Source of the DNA: Candidatus Eiseniibacteriota bacterium
Lineage (GTDB): Bacteria; Eisenbacteria; RBG-16-71-46
NCBI GenBank assembly: GCA_016215625.1
Contig: JACRIW010000058.1
Span: 32,252 to 96,251, forward strand
Direction: 5' to 3'
Length of the DNA: 64,000 nucleotides
This document shows, piece by piece, positions 10,038 to 19,116 of this stretch. Both the position numbers and the translations under genes were made by a program. The notes beneath the pieces were generated by a model. That model searched no databases, had not been told where the DNA came from, and was given only the letters and a program-made list of their open reading frames with translations. The number at the start of each line of letters is the position of its first letter. The stretch's first letter is position 1.

Positions 10038-11075
10038 ATGTCCGGCACGACCGAACCCGCGCGGCACGAGCGGCTCAAGCCGTTCGTGGAGATGGCGACG
10101 ACCGCCATCCAACTCGAGTACCCGTATCACTTTTCGGCCGTCCTCTCGCGTGACGCCGACGCCGTCGCGCCGCGGCTGGCCACGCCCGTCTTCCGGGGCG
10201 CGTTCGACTGGCACTCGGCGGTGCACGGCCACTGGACGCTCGCGCGTGCGCTGCGGCTGTGTCCCGACGCGCCGTGGGCCGCGCGCGTGCGCACGCTGCT
10301 CGCCATGCAGCTCACGGACGCCAAGCTGGCCGCCGAGGAGGCATTCCTGCGCGCACCGGGCCGCGAGGGCTTCGAACGTCCCTACGGACTCGCGTGGCTG
10401 CTGCAGCTGGTGGCGGAGTTCCGCACGCAGGGCGACGAGGCTTCCGCGCATTGGCGCAACGCGCTCGCCCCGCTCGAATCGATCGCGTCGACGCGGCTGC
10501 TCGCGTGGCTCGAGAAGCTGCCGTGGCCCGTGCGTTCGGGCGAGCACTCGCAGAGCGCGTTCGCGCTCGGGTTGTTCTTCGACTGGGCGCGTGACGCGGG
10601 CAAGCCCGACCTCTGCGCGCGCATCGCCGAGCGCGTCGTGCGCCTGTACGGTGCCGATCGCGACGCGCCGGTGCGCTACGAGCCGAGCGCGCACGACTTC
10701 CTTTCGCCGCTGCTCGCCGAGGCCGACCTCCTGCGGCGCGCCATGCCGCGCGAGGAGTTCGGCGAGTGGCTCGCGCGCTTCCTGCCCGCCCCGGCTGACG
10801 CCGATCTCGGGCGCTGGCTCACACCCGCGCGCACGCCCGATCGGGCCGACGGCAAATTCGCTCACCTCGACGGCCTCAACTTGAGCCGCGCCTGGATGCT
10901 CCAAGGCGTGGTGTCGGCGCTCGACGCCACGCACGCGCACGCGGCCGTGTTGCACGACGCCGCGGCGCGCCATCGCGATGCGGGACTCGAGGGCGCGCGC
11001 TCGACGCACTACGCCGGCTCCCACTGGCTCGGCACCTTCGCGACCTACCTCGTCACGGAGCGCGGCTTGTCGTGA
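10038..11075 (+). CDS. DUF2891-family protein (function unknown)
   Basis: High GC3. The motif FDWHSAVHGHWTLARALRL suggests DUF2891; the family assignment is from memory and less certain than the gene call. The ATG at 10038 is preferred over the upstream GTG at 9906. Its stop overlaps the next gene's start (GTGA). Confidence 0.65.
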   Translation: MSGTTEPARHERLKPFVEMATTAIQLEYPYHFSAVLSRDADAVAPRLATPVFRGAFDWHSAVHGHWTLARALRLCPDAPWAARVRTLLAMQLTDAKLAAEEAFLRAPGREGFERPYGLAWLLQLVAEFRTQGDEASAHWRNALAPLESIASTRLLAWLEKLPWPVRSGEHSQSAFALGLFFDWARDAGKPDLCARIAERVVRLYGADRDAPVRYEPSAHDFLSPLLAEADLLRRAMPREEFGEWLARFLPAPADADLGRWLTPARTPDRADGKFAHLDGLNLSRAWMLQGVVSALDATHAHAAVLHDAAARHRDAGLEGARSTHYAGSHWLGTFATYLVTERGLS

Positions 11076-12886
11076 CGCCGTCGCTCTCCGGCATGGCGCT
11101 CGCGGCGCTGCTCGCGAGCGGGGCGGCCGACTCGATCGGCACGCGCGCCGCGGGAGAGCCGGCCGAGTCCCCGCGCGCCGCCTCTCACGACGTGCTCGCG
11201 TGGCCGTTCTTCGTGAAGTGGGACGGGGACGACGGCCGATCGTTGCGCATGATCGGGCCGGTCACGGGACGCTTCCGTTCGCCGCGCACGCGCGCGGACT
11301 ACCTCGCCTTCCCCTTCACGGGCGCGTTCGAGCAGTCGGACGGCCGGCGCGAACGCTGGCTCCTGTGGCCCTTCACCGGCGCCATCCGCGACCCGCGCCG
11401 CAACCTCACCGAGGTCTCGCTCGCCACACCGCTCGTCGGTTTCACGCGCCGCCGCGACGGCCGCGTGACGATCGAGCGCTGGTCGCCGGTCTGGACCGAC
11501 CGGCGCTTCGAGAACGGCACGCATGCCTGGCAGCTCACGCCGCTCGCCTATCGCCGCACCGAGCCCGGGCGCGGCTTCTCGACCACCGAACTCGGCGTGC
11601 TCCCCGGCATGGGGGGAGGCGGCTTCGCGGCGTTCCGCACGTGGTCGGCGCCGGACGCAGGCGGGTGGAACGCCGCGCTCGTGTACGGCCAGCACCACGA
11701 CCCCCGGGGCGGGTGGACCTCGCTTCCACCGTACGTCTCGACTTCGTGGCGCGATCCCGTGCGCGGCGATTCTCGCTTCGACGCGTTGCTCCCCGTGTTC
11801 GCGCGCTGGCAGCGTCCCGAGCGAGACCTCGCGATCGCGTTGCCGGGCTGGTGGCGCTACCGCACCGCGAGGCTGCGCTCGACCGGGGCGTGGCCGTTCT
11901 ACGCGTCGTTCCGCGAGGTGCGCGACGACTCGACACGGCACGAGGGCGGTTCGATCGTCTGGCCGTTCGTGTCGTGGGGGCGCGGCGAGCGCTACTCGGC
12001 GTTCGGCGTGCTGCCGCTCTACTACCGGCTCGAGGACGAGCGGACGCGCTTCACCACCGTGCCGCCGCTCTACTTCGCGCTGCGCCGTCCCGGGCTCGAC
12101 GCGCGCATGATCACGCCGCTGCACGTGCGCTGGCGCGGTGCCCGCGACACGGTGGAGTGGGTCGGCCCGTGGTACCGGCATGCGGGAGTGGACCGACGCA
12201 CCGTCGGGGTCTTCCCGCTGTACGACGAACGCCACGCGCCCGGCATGCACGAGCGGTGGGTGTTTCCGAGCTGGTACTCCCGGCGCGACTCGCTCGGCGA
12301 GCGCCGCATGCTCGTGCCCTTCTGGGGGAGGATCACCGAGTCGCGCACCGGCAACGTGACGCGCTTCCACGGTCCGCTCGTGACGCTTCACGGTCCGCGC
12401 GCGCACGGACACGGCATCGTCCCGCTCTGGTACTCGGGTGTCGACAGCGCGGGACGCACGACCTGGGTGGGACCGTGGTTCCAGCGCGACGCCGCGAACG
12501 GTCATCGCACGCGCGCGCTGTTGCCGATCGCGTGGTACGAGAATGGCGCCGGGCGGTCGGAACTGCACCTGCTGCCGCTCTCGGGTTACCTGCGGCGGCC
12601 GGACGGCTACCGGCGGACCTACGTGCTGTGGCCGGTCTATTCGAAGACACGGCAGGGCGACGGTTCGACGCGCACGCGGGTGCTCCACCTGCTCGGCCGT
12701 GACGAGCGCAGTGGCGAGCGCCATCGCAACTGGCTGCAGCCGCTCTGGTACTTCGACCGCACGGATGCACGCACGAGCTACTTCGCTCTGCTCGGCGGAC
12801 TGCTCGCTTCGCGCGAGCGGACGAGTGAGCACGTGAAATGGCGGGTGCTGCTCGTGCCGGTCCGCACCACGCGCGCCGTGAAATGA
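11072..12886 (+). CDS. Secreted Trp/Pro/Arg-rich tandem-repeat protein (no family assigned)
   Basis: Hydrophobic N-terminus (MALAALLASGAA). At least 17 repeats with a [VLI]-[LWFV]-P-[LFV]-[WY]-[YSF] core about 20–30 aa apart, for example LAWPFF, LLWPFT, VLPLYY, VFPLYD, LVPFWG, IVPLWY, VLWPVY and LQPLWY. GC3 is high, consistent with real coding. The start is GTG 11072 (overlapping the previous stop) or ATG 11093. Confidence 0.65.
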   Translation: MTPSLSGMALAALLASGAADSIGTRAAGEPAESPRAASHDVLAWPFFVKWDGDDGRSLRMIGPVTGRFRSPRTRADYLAFPFTGAFEQSDGRRERWLLWPFTGAIRDPRRNLTEVSLATPLVGFTRRRDGRVTIERWSPVWTDRRFENGTHAWQLTPLAYRRTEPGRGFSTTELGVLPGMGGGGFAAFRTWSAPDAGGWNAALVYGQHHDPRGGWTSLPPYVSTSWRDPVRGDSRFDALLPVFARWQRPERDLAIALPGWWRYRTARLRSTGAWPFYASFREVRDDSTRHEGGSIVWPFVSWGRGERYSAFGVLPLYYRLEDERTRFTTVPPLYFALRRPGLDARMITPLHVRWRGARDTVEWVGPWYRHAGVDRRTVGVFPLYDERHAPGMHERWVFPSWYSRRDSLGERRMLVPFWGRITESRTGNVTRFHGPLVTLHGPRAHGHGIVPLWYSGVDSAGRTTWVGPWFQRDAANGHRTRALLPIAWYENGAGRSELHLLPLSGYLRRPDGYRRTYVLWPVYSKTRQGDGSTRTRVLHLLGRDERSGERHRNWLQPLWYFDRTDARTSYFALLGGLLASRERTSEHVKWRVLLVPVRTTRAVK

Positions 12887-12890
12887 AGAA

Positions 12891-12917
12891 GCGCGAGAGG
12901 AGTGGATCCCCTCGCGC
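12891..12917. terminator. GC-rich hairpin between convergent genes (putative bidirectional terminator)
   Basis: GCGCGAGAGG-AGTGGATC-CCCTCGCGC: a 10-bp stem with one mismatch. It lies between the stop of the repeat protein at 12886 and the stop of the minus-strand gene at 12945. There is no U-tract. Confidence 0.4.
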
Positions 12918-12944
12918 TTCCTCGCGTCCGTCCGGAGCCGCGCT

Positions 12945-13865
12945 CTAGCGGTGCAGCGTCTTCAGCGAGCCCCACGTGCTCGCGCGCGCCGGCGTCGAGC
13001 CGCAATGACCGGGACCCGAGAGGCCGTTGTTGAAGTCGTCGAGCGCCTGCGTGATCACGCTCGTGCTCGAGGTCGTCCGCGAGCCCGAGCCGTTCGGCGG
13101 CACGACGCGGCCGGCGATGAGGCCGTCGGCCATCGTGATGATGCTCGCGATCGCGGAGGGCGAGGCGCCGGCCGCGAGATTGAGCTTGGCCGCGATGAGC
13201 TGGCGGGCGAGCGACACCAGGCCGTTCCCCTGCACCGGCTGCGCGAGGATCGCGAGCAGCTGCGTCTTCGTGTAGCTCACCGTGCCGAGCGTCAGCGAGC
13301 TGACCGGCCATGCCTCGGGGTGCGTCTTCCAGTAGCCCTGCGTGTACGTGCAGTTGTCACCACTGACCTGCGTGACGCTGTACACGGCGGCCGAGAAGGC
13401 CGCGTGCGTGCCCTGCGGCGCGTTCGCGAACGCGGTCATCACGTACTCGACGGCGGGTGAAAGCTCGTCCGCGACGGCACCGAGCACGCCGGACTCGTCG
13501 AACAGGTCACCGAGCTCCACGTCGAGCCGGGAGTAGCCGCCGAGCTGGAAGTTCTGCGTCTGCTCGCCCCACGTGTTCAAGGAGGCTTCGCCGACGAAGG
13601 AGGCGGAGCGGCGGGCCCACGTCGGGACGTTGTTCCAGTTCGAGCCGTACTCCTCGAAGCGCGAGCGGGGCATCCACCACACCGAGAAACCCTCCGGTGC
13701 GCCCGAAGCGCCGGCTTCGATCGTGACGCGTACCTTGCCCTGGCCGGCCAGTACCGGCGTGAGCTCGGGAGCGTCGAGCGTGACGTCCTGCGCCTGAGCC
13801 CGCACGGCGGCGAGGGAAGCCGCGGCGAGGAGGAAGAGGGCGATCGAGCGAAGCCTTCGGAGCAT
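12945..13865 (-). CDS. Secreted hypothetical protein ending in the C-terminal motif TWGSLKTLHR
   Basis: ATG at 13865 gives MLRRLRSIALFLLAAASLAAVRAQA, a signal peptide. The 306 aa protein is Ser/Thr/Gly-rich with no recognisable domain. Its last 10 residues share a motif with the proteins at 40343..41080 and 52690..53418. Confidence 0.7.
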   Translation of the reverse strand: MLRRLRSIALFLLAAASLAAVRAQAQDVTLDAPELTPVLAGQGKVRVTIEAGASGAPEGFSVWWMPRSRFEEYGSNWNNVPTWARRSASFVGEASLNTWGEQTQNFQLGGYSRLDVELGDLFDESGVLGAVADELSPAVEYVMTAFANAPQGTHAAFSAAVYSVTQVSGDNCTYTQGYWKTHPEAWPVSSLTLGTVSYTKTQLLAILAQPVQGNGLVSLARQLIAAKLNLAAGASPSAIASIITMADGLIAGRVVPPNGSGSRTTSSTSVITQALDDFNNGLSGPGHCGSTPARASTWGSLKTLHR

Positions 13866-13979
13866 GCGTAACCTTCCCAGGATGCGGTCGAATGGTGCGC
13901 CGAAGGACGAATCAGTGTTCGTCCGACGGACTGGGGATGCGGTGCATCGAACGGCCGGGAAGTGCGAGCGGAGCCCGCG

Positions 13980-13987
13980 AGGGGGGG
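13980..13987. repeat. Homopolymeric G8 tract in the divergent intergenic region
   Basis: GGGGGGGG lies 115 bp upstream of the 13865 gene start and 286 bp upstream of the nuclease start. It is a possible slipped-strand site, but a G8 run can occur by chance at 70% GC. Confidence 0.3.
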
Positions 13988-14272
13988 GCTTCCCAACGGC
14001 GTGCGGAAGATGATGCCGCCATGCGTGGTCAAACGCGAGGATAAAATGTTGCATTTTGCCCTGAGAATGCACTCTCCCGTGTGCTCCGGGGGCTTTCCGT
14101 TGAGTAGCGACGGCATTTGTCGTTTCGGGTTTCGAGGGCGCCAAGGCTATGCTTGGGGCGCTCAAACCCTGTTCACTCTCGCTTCGCTCCGAGCATCACC
14201 CCCGAAACAGGTGTTCCCGGCCCCCGCAGGGCCCTGACCGCCTGGTCAATCCCGAAAGGTGTGGCCCCCTCT

Positions 14273-16501
14273 GTGAGAAAGCTCCTCGCGTTTTGCGCGG
14301 CCGCGCTCCTGAGTCTCTCCGCCGTCGCTCCGGTCGCCCGGGCAGCGGTCTTCATTTCCGAGATGTGCGATCCGCTCCAGAACTACCAGACCGACCGGTT
14401 CATCGAGATCTACAACTCCGGCCCCGGTCCCGTGGATCTGACCGGTTGGACGCTGTCGGCGATCGCCAACGGCTCCAGCAGCAATACGGTCACCTGGACG
14501 CTCTCGGGCACCATCGCCGCCGGCCAGGCGAAGGTTGCCGGATACACGACGCCCACGACGGCGTTCACGGTGAACTTCCCGAGCGCCGCGTGGACCACCA
14601 CGGTCGCGGGGCAGGGTTCGTACAACTGGAACGGCAACAATGACGGCGCGAAGTTGAAGAACGCTTCCGGCGTGACCGTCGATTCCTGCTGGTCGAGCAC
14701 GGCCTACTTCACCGACAAGGATCTCGTTCGCAACGCCAGCGTGGGAACCGGCAGTCTCGGCTACGTGGCGAGCGAGTGGACCGCCACCGCCGTCACGCTC
14801 GCCACGAGCGCTTCGCCCGGTTCGCACAACGGCTCCGCGCCTCCCGCCCAGGGCCCGACCATCTCGGGTGTCGTCACGATTCCCGCGCCTCCGACCGCCG
14901 GCACGCCGACGGACGTGCAGGCCACGGTGACCGACCCGAACAGCCTGCCGATCAACGCCGTCACGCTGTCGTGGGGCACGACGGCCGGGACGCTCACGAA
15001 CATCATCGGCATGGTGAACACGACCGGGAACACGTACCTCACCAGTTCGCAGATCCCCGGTCAGGCCGCGGGTGTCGTGATCTACTACCGCGTCACCGCC
15101 GAGGACGATTCGGCCACGACGCAGTCCGCCATCCAGTCGTACACGATCGGTGGCGGCGGTGGTGGCGGCACGCCGGCGACGGTCACCTCGGTCGGTGAGA
15201 TGAGCGACTCGACGCTGCTCGTGTTCTTCAGCGAGCCCGTCGCGCAGGCGAGCGCGGAGCTGCCGAGCAACTACACGATCGGCGCCAAGGTGGCCGTCAA
15301 CGCCATTCGCGACCTCGTGAACACGAACCAGGTCTGGGTCACGTTCCGCGGCCTCACGGCCGGCACGAACACGCTCACGGTGAACGGTGTCGCCGACCTG
15401 CAGGGCGACATCACGATCGGCGCGACGAAGTCCTTCAACTACGTCGACGTCACGATTCCCGCCGGGTACTACGACGGCACCGCGGGCCTCAAGGGCTCGG
15501 CGCTGATGATCAAGCTCCACAACATCATCAAGGGCCACACGGTCGTCAGCTACTCGTCGCTGCTCACGTGGTTCCAGATCACCGACGTCAAGCCGAACGG
15601 CAAGGTGTGGGACATCTACTCCGACATCCCCGGCGGCACGCCGCCGTACGAGTTCACTTTCGGCCAGACGGGCAACGTGTCGTCGAGCGAAGGGGTCACG
15701 TACAACCGCGAGCACTCGACGCCGCAGTCGTGGTTCAACCAGGTGTCGCCGCCCGTCTCGGACGCGTTCCACATCTATCCGACCGACGGCAAGGTGAACG
15801 GCGTGCGCAGCAACGACGCGTACGGCGTCGTGGCCACCGCGACCTACACTTCGATGAACGGCAGCAAGAGCGGTCCGAGCGCCACGCCCGGCTTCACGGG
15901 CAACGTGTTCGAGCCCATCGACGCGTTCAAGGGTGACTGCATCCGCTCCAGTTTCTACATGGCGACGCGTTACCTCTTCGAAGACTCCGCGTGGCCGGGC
16001 GGTGATCCCACCGTGCACGCGCAGCTGAAGCCGTGGGCGGTCGCGCAGTACCTGCAGTGGCACTCGCTCGACCCGGTGAGCTGGAAGGAACGCATGCGCA
16101 ACGGCGCCATCTACACGTTCCAGCACAACCGCAACCCGTTCATCGATCATCCCGAGTTCCTGACGGCGATCTACGACTCGAACTCGGTCGCGGGCGTCGA
16201 GCCCACGCCGGGGCCGGGCCGCACCGCGTTCCTGCGCCCGAACTCGCCGAACCCGTTCTCGGTCCGCACGACGATCGGTTTCGACCTGCCTCGCAACGAT
16301 CGCGTGTCGCTGCACATCTACGACGTCACCGGCCGTGAAGTGCGCACGCTGGCCGCGGGCCGCTTGATGGAAGCGGGCAGCCACCAGCTCGAGTGGGACG
16401 GCCGCAACGACGCCGGCTCGCGCATCGAGGCGGGCATGTACTTCTGCCGCATCGAGGTGGGCTCGCAGTCCGAAACGCGCCGGATCGTGTTCGCACGATA
16501 G
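14273..16501 (+). CDS. Secreted extracellular nuclease: lamin-tail domain + Ig-like repeats + Endonuclease I (EndA/Vvn/Dns family) domain + FlgD-Ig/T9SS-type tail
   Basis: GTG at 14273 gives a signal peptide (MRKLLAFCAAALLSLSAVAPVARA). The lamin-tail-domain motif is FISEMCDPLQNYQTDRFIEIYNSGPGPVDLTGWTL. Endonuclease I motifs are YNREHSTPQSWF (E-H..P) and FQHNRNPFIDHPEF. The C-terminal tail is GMYFCRIEVGSQSETRRIVFAR. Confidence 0.8.
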   Translation: MRKLLAFCAAALLSLSAVAPVARAAVFISEMCDPLQNYQTDRFIEIYNSGPGPVDLTGWTLSAIANGSSSNTVTWTLSGTIAAGQAKVAGYTTPTTAFTVNFPSAAWTTTVAGQGSYNWNGNNDGAKLKNASGVTVDSCWSSTAYFTDKDLVRNASVGTGSLGYVASEWTATAVTLATSASPGSHNGSAPPAQGPTISGVVTIPAPPTAGTPTDVQATVTDPNSLPINAVTLSWGTTAGTLTNIIGMVNTTGNTYLTSSQIPGQAAGVVIYYRVTAEDDSATTQSAIQSYTIGGGGGGGTPATVTSVGEMSDSTLLVFFSEPVAQASAELPSNYTIGAKVAVNAIRDLVNTNQVWVTFRGLTAGTNTLTVNGVADLQGDITIGATKSFNYVDVTIPAGYYDGTAGLKGSALMIKLHNIIKGHTVVSYSSLLTWFQITDVKPNGKVWDIYSDIPGGTPPYEFTFGQTGNVSSSEGVTYNREHSTPQSWFNQVSPPVSDAFHIYPTDGKVNGVRSNDAYGVVATATYTSMNGSKSGPSATPGFTGNVFEPIDAFKGDCIRSSFYMATRYLFEDSAWPGGDPTVHAQLKPWAVAQYLQWHSLDPVSWKERMRNGAIYTFQHNRNPFIDHPEFLTAIYDSNSVAGVEPTPGPGRTAFLRPNSPNPFSVRTTIGFDLPRNDRVSLHIYDVTGREVRTLAAGRLMEAGSHQLEWDGRNDAGSRIEAGMYFCRIEVGSQSETRRIVFAR

Positions 16502-16531
16502 TTCGCGTCACGCGGGTTCGCCGCACACACG

Positions 16532-16562
16532 AAGCGCCCCGGTCCTCGTGGCCGGGGCGCTT
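16532..16562. terminator. Bidirectional GC-rich hairpin terminator between convergent genes
   Basis: AAGCGCCCCGG-TCCTCGTGG-CCGGGGCGCTT is a perfect 11-bp stem with a 9-nt loop. It lies between the nuclease stop at 16501 and the minus-strand stop at 16591. Confidence 0.55.
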
Positions 16563-16590
16563 CGCATGGTGCGCGTGAGTGCCCCGGCGG

Positions 16591-17883
16591 TCACCACACG
16601 CGCACGAGTCGCACGGCGTCGTGCCGTTCCGGTCCTTCGAATCGCGCGAAGTACACGCCGGGGCCGCACGTGCGGCCCCGATCGTCACGGCCGTTCCAGG
16701 GAATCACGTGCGTGCCGGCGCGGAACACCCCACCGGCGAGCCGGCGCACGCGCCGGCCGCCCGCGTCGTACACGTCGAGCACGAGGTCCACGGGCAAGCC
16801 GCGTGCGACGCGGTCGGCGACCGCGGTCGCGAGCACCCACAGGTTGATGCTCATGCAGACGACCGACGTGTCGGCGATCGTCCACGGGTATTCGGGATCC
16901 TCGGGCGGCGGCCAGTAGCCGAACAGGTCGGCGATCGTCCCGCCGTCCTCGAGCGAGTCGAGGAACGCCATCACCTGTCCGTACTGGCCCGAACCCAAGT
17001 GGTCGAAGAGCAGCGCCTCGTACGCGGGCTCGACGGTCCAGCCGCGGCTGTCGAGGTCGAACGAACAGCCGGTCATGCGGCTGTAGAAGTACAGCGTGCA
17101 CCCGGGCACGCCGGGGCAGGGCTCCTCGTAGACCGAGCGGCCGCTCGCGTCGATACGGCCCTCGAGGAACCACGACATGCGCTGCAGGTAGTCGTCGCAC
17201 GCGGCGCGCTCCTGCAGCCGCCGGATGTGCATCAACTCCATCGCCATCCAGCCGGTGTAATGAATGTCCCTCGAGCCGACGCACCAGTGCGGGAAGCTGC
17301 CGTCGTCGTTCTGGTAGGGGGCGAGCTGCGCGACGATGTCGTGCGTCTTCGTGCGGGAGGGCACATCGCCCGTGAGGAATGCGTACTCCGCCGTGGCCAT
17401 GGCGACCATGAGGCCGCCGTTCAGCACGCACTCGCCCGTCGGGATCGCGAGCAGGTCGTTCGTGATCCCGGTACCCGCCTCGAGAAACCGGGGCTCGCGC
17501 GTGATCTCGAACGCGCCGAGTAGCGCGTATGCGAGCATGCCGTCGAACGGCGTGAAGGAACGCACGTCGGCGAGCCGTGGCAGGAGGAAGTCGGCGTGGC
17601 GGACGATTTCCGTGCGAAGGCGCGGCCGCGCGTCGAGGCGCGCGAGCTCGACGTACGCGAGCAGCTGACACACCACCGTCTGGCGGATCTCCTCGGACGG
17701 AATGACGGAGTAACGCCAGTCCATCGTGACGCCGTCCACCGCGTGCTCCTGGAGGTAGCGATCGGTGCGACGGATCATCGGCAGCAGAGGGTCGTCCGCG
17801 ATGGCCCGGGCGGCCGGCGCGAACAGCGAGAGCGTCGCGGCGATCAGCAGCGTGCGTGCAAGGGGTGCGACCGAAGCAGGCAT
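16591..17883 (-). CDS. Secreted protein with a prenyltransferase/terpene-cyclase-like alpha/alpha-toroid repeat region and a FlgD-Ig/T9SS-type tail
   Basis: ATG at 17883 gives MPASVAPLARTLLIAATLSLFAPAARA, a signal peptide. QNDDGSFPHW-type repeats suggest an alpha/alpha toroid. The tail is GVYFARFEGPERHDAVRLVRVW. The listed 942-aa ORF in this frame continues upstream as GC-driven read-through across the neighbouring transporter, and I rejected that extension. Confidence 0.7.
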   Translation of the reverse strand: MPASVAPLARTLLIAATLSLFAPAARAIADDPLLPMIRRTDRYLQEHAVDGVTMDWRYSVIPSEEIRQTVVCQLLAYVELARLDARPRLRTEIVRHADFLLPRLADVRSFTPFDGMLAYALLGAFEITREPRFLEAGTGITNDLLAIPTGECVLNGGLMVAMATAEYAFLTGDVPSRTKTHDIVAQLAPYQNDDGSFPHWCVGSRDIHYTGWMAMELMHIRRLQERAACDDYLQRMSWFLEGRIDASGRSVYEEPCPGVPGCTLYFYSRMTGCSFDLDSRGWTVEPAYEALLFDHLGSGQYGQVMAFLDSLEDGGTIADLFGYWPPPEDPEYPWTIADTSVVCMSINLWVLATAVADRVARGLPVDLVLDVYDAGGRRVRRLAGGVFRAGTHVIPWNGRDDRGRTCGPGVYFARFEGPERHDAVRLVRVW

Positions 17884-17981
17884 GGCGCTCGGACCTCGAG
17901 GGGCCGGCTGGGCGTGGGCTCCGGCGCAAGGTTGCGCCCGTGCCGTGCCCGCGTCCAGAGAAGAGCGGCCGGCGGCGGCGA

Positions 17982-18902
17982 TCAGCCGCGCAACCACGCG
18001 ATCATCGGCGTGAGCGTGAGCGGGCTGAGCACGGTGGTGAGCAGCACCACCGAGGTCACGAAGCCGGGCTCGACGTCGTACTCGGTCGCGAGGATCGCCG
18101 CGAGCACCGCGGTGGGCATGGACGACTGCAGCACGCCGGCCTGACGGGCCACTCCGGTGAGGCCGAAGAGCGGCGCGAGCAGGGTGCCGGCGGCGGCGCC
18201 GCCCCCGAGGCGCAGCGCGGCCGCGAACAGCATCGGGCGCACGGGGCCGGTGAGCCGCGCGCCCTGCAGCTGCATGCCGAGCACGAGCAGGAACACGGGG
18301 ATGCACGCCTGCGAGAGAAGATGAACCGACGTGGCCACCGGGCCCGGCAGGTGCAGCTTCGCGGCGGTCATCGCGAACGCCACGACGACCGACCACACGG
18401 TCGGCACGCGCACGAGTCCCGCGAGCGACTCGCGCAGGCCGGTGCGCCCGAGCGACGCGACGAAGATGCCCGCCGTGTAGCTCACGATCGCGGACGCGAG
18501 GAAGAACAACGAGGCCTGCGGCAGCGCGCCGGGGCCGAACGCGAGCAGGTTGACCGACATGCCGTAGTTGCCCGCGTTGGTGAGCAGGCAGGCGAGCACG
18601 AGCGCGCTCGTGCGCGTGCGCGGCCAGCGCAGCGCGCGCGCGATCGCGAAGGCGGCCAGTCCCGGCACCGCGAGCGCCGAGAACGAGAACGCCATCATGC
18701 GCAGCTGCTCGCCGGGCGGAAGCGCGTTCTGCAGGATGATGTCGAGGATGAGCGCGGGGGCGAGCACGTAGAGCCCGATCTGCGCGAGCGGCCGCGGGTC
18801 GGTCTTCATGCGCGCCGCGAGCAGCCAGCCCGCGCCCGCGGTGAGGAACACGGGCAGCAGGTTCTGCGCGAAGAGGGCGAGAAGCTCCATGCGTCGCACC
18901 AT
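17982..18902 (-). CDS. AEC-family (auxin efflux carrier / malate permease-like) transporter
   Basis: 306 aa with about 10 transmembrane helices. The N-terminal ELLALFAQNLLPVFLTAGAGWLL is typical of the family. Starts at 18902 and 18890 are both ATG. Confidence 0.8.
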   Translation of the reverse strand: MVRRMELLALFAQNLLPVFLTAGAGWLLAARMKTDPRPLAQIGLYVLAPALILDIILQNALPPGEQLRMMAFSFSALAVPGLAAFAIARALRWPRTRTSALVLACLLTNAGNYGMSVNLLAFGPGALPQASLFFLASAIVSYTAGIFVASLGRTGLRESLAGLVRVPTVWSVVVAFAMTAAKLHLPGPVATSVHLLSQACIPVFLLVLGMQLQGARLTGPVRPMLFAAALRLGGGAAAGTLLAPLFGLTGVARQAGVLQSSMPTAVLAAILATEYDVEPGFVTSVVLLTTVLSPLTLTPMIAWLRG

Positions 18903-19116
18903 AATCGGCGCGACCGCAGGGGGCCAGCCGCGCGGAGTCGCGCGGGTCCGCCCGGCGCGTTGCGCGAGCGCGCCGGCGTGTGGACAATGCCCGCGCCCGA
19001 GGCCGAGCTCCTGCGCGATCCTGCCTGCACACGACGCACGCCATGCGACGCGGCGAGCACGAGTCCGGCTTCGAAGGTTCGCGGCCCCGCGCGAACCACA
19101 CCCTCAAGGAGGAAGC

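Noticed and set aside
8372-10108. 578-aa ORF overlapping malate synthase in another frame
   Set aside because: Malate synthase identity is unambiguous in the frame I annotated. This one is an off-frame artifact.
13866-14272. A possible TPP riboswitch (CUGAGA motif) in the nuclease leader
   Set aside because: CUGAGA is present, but the obligatory downstream ACCUGAUCUGGAUAAUGCCAGCG pyrimidine-sensing helix is absent. I kept the region only as a generic candidate structured leader.
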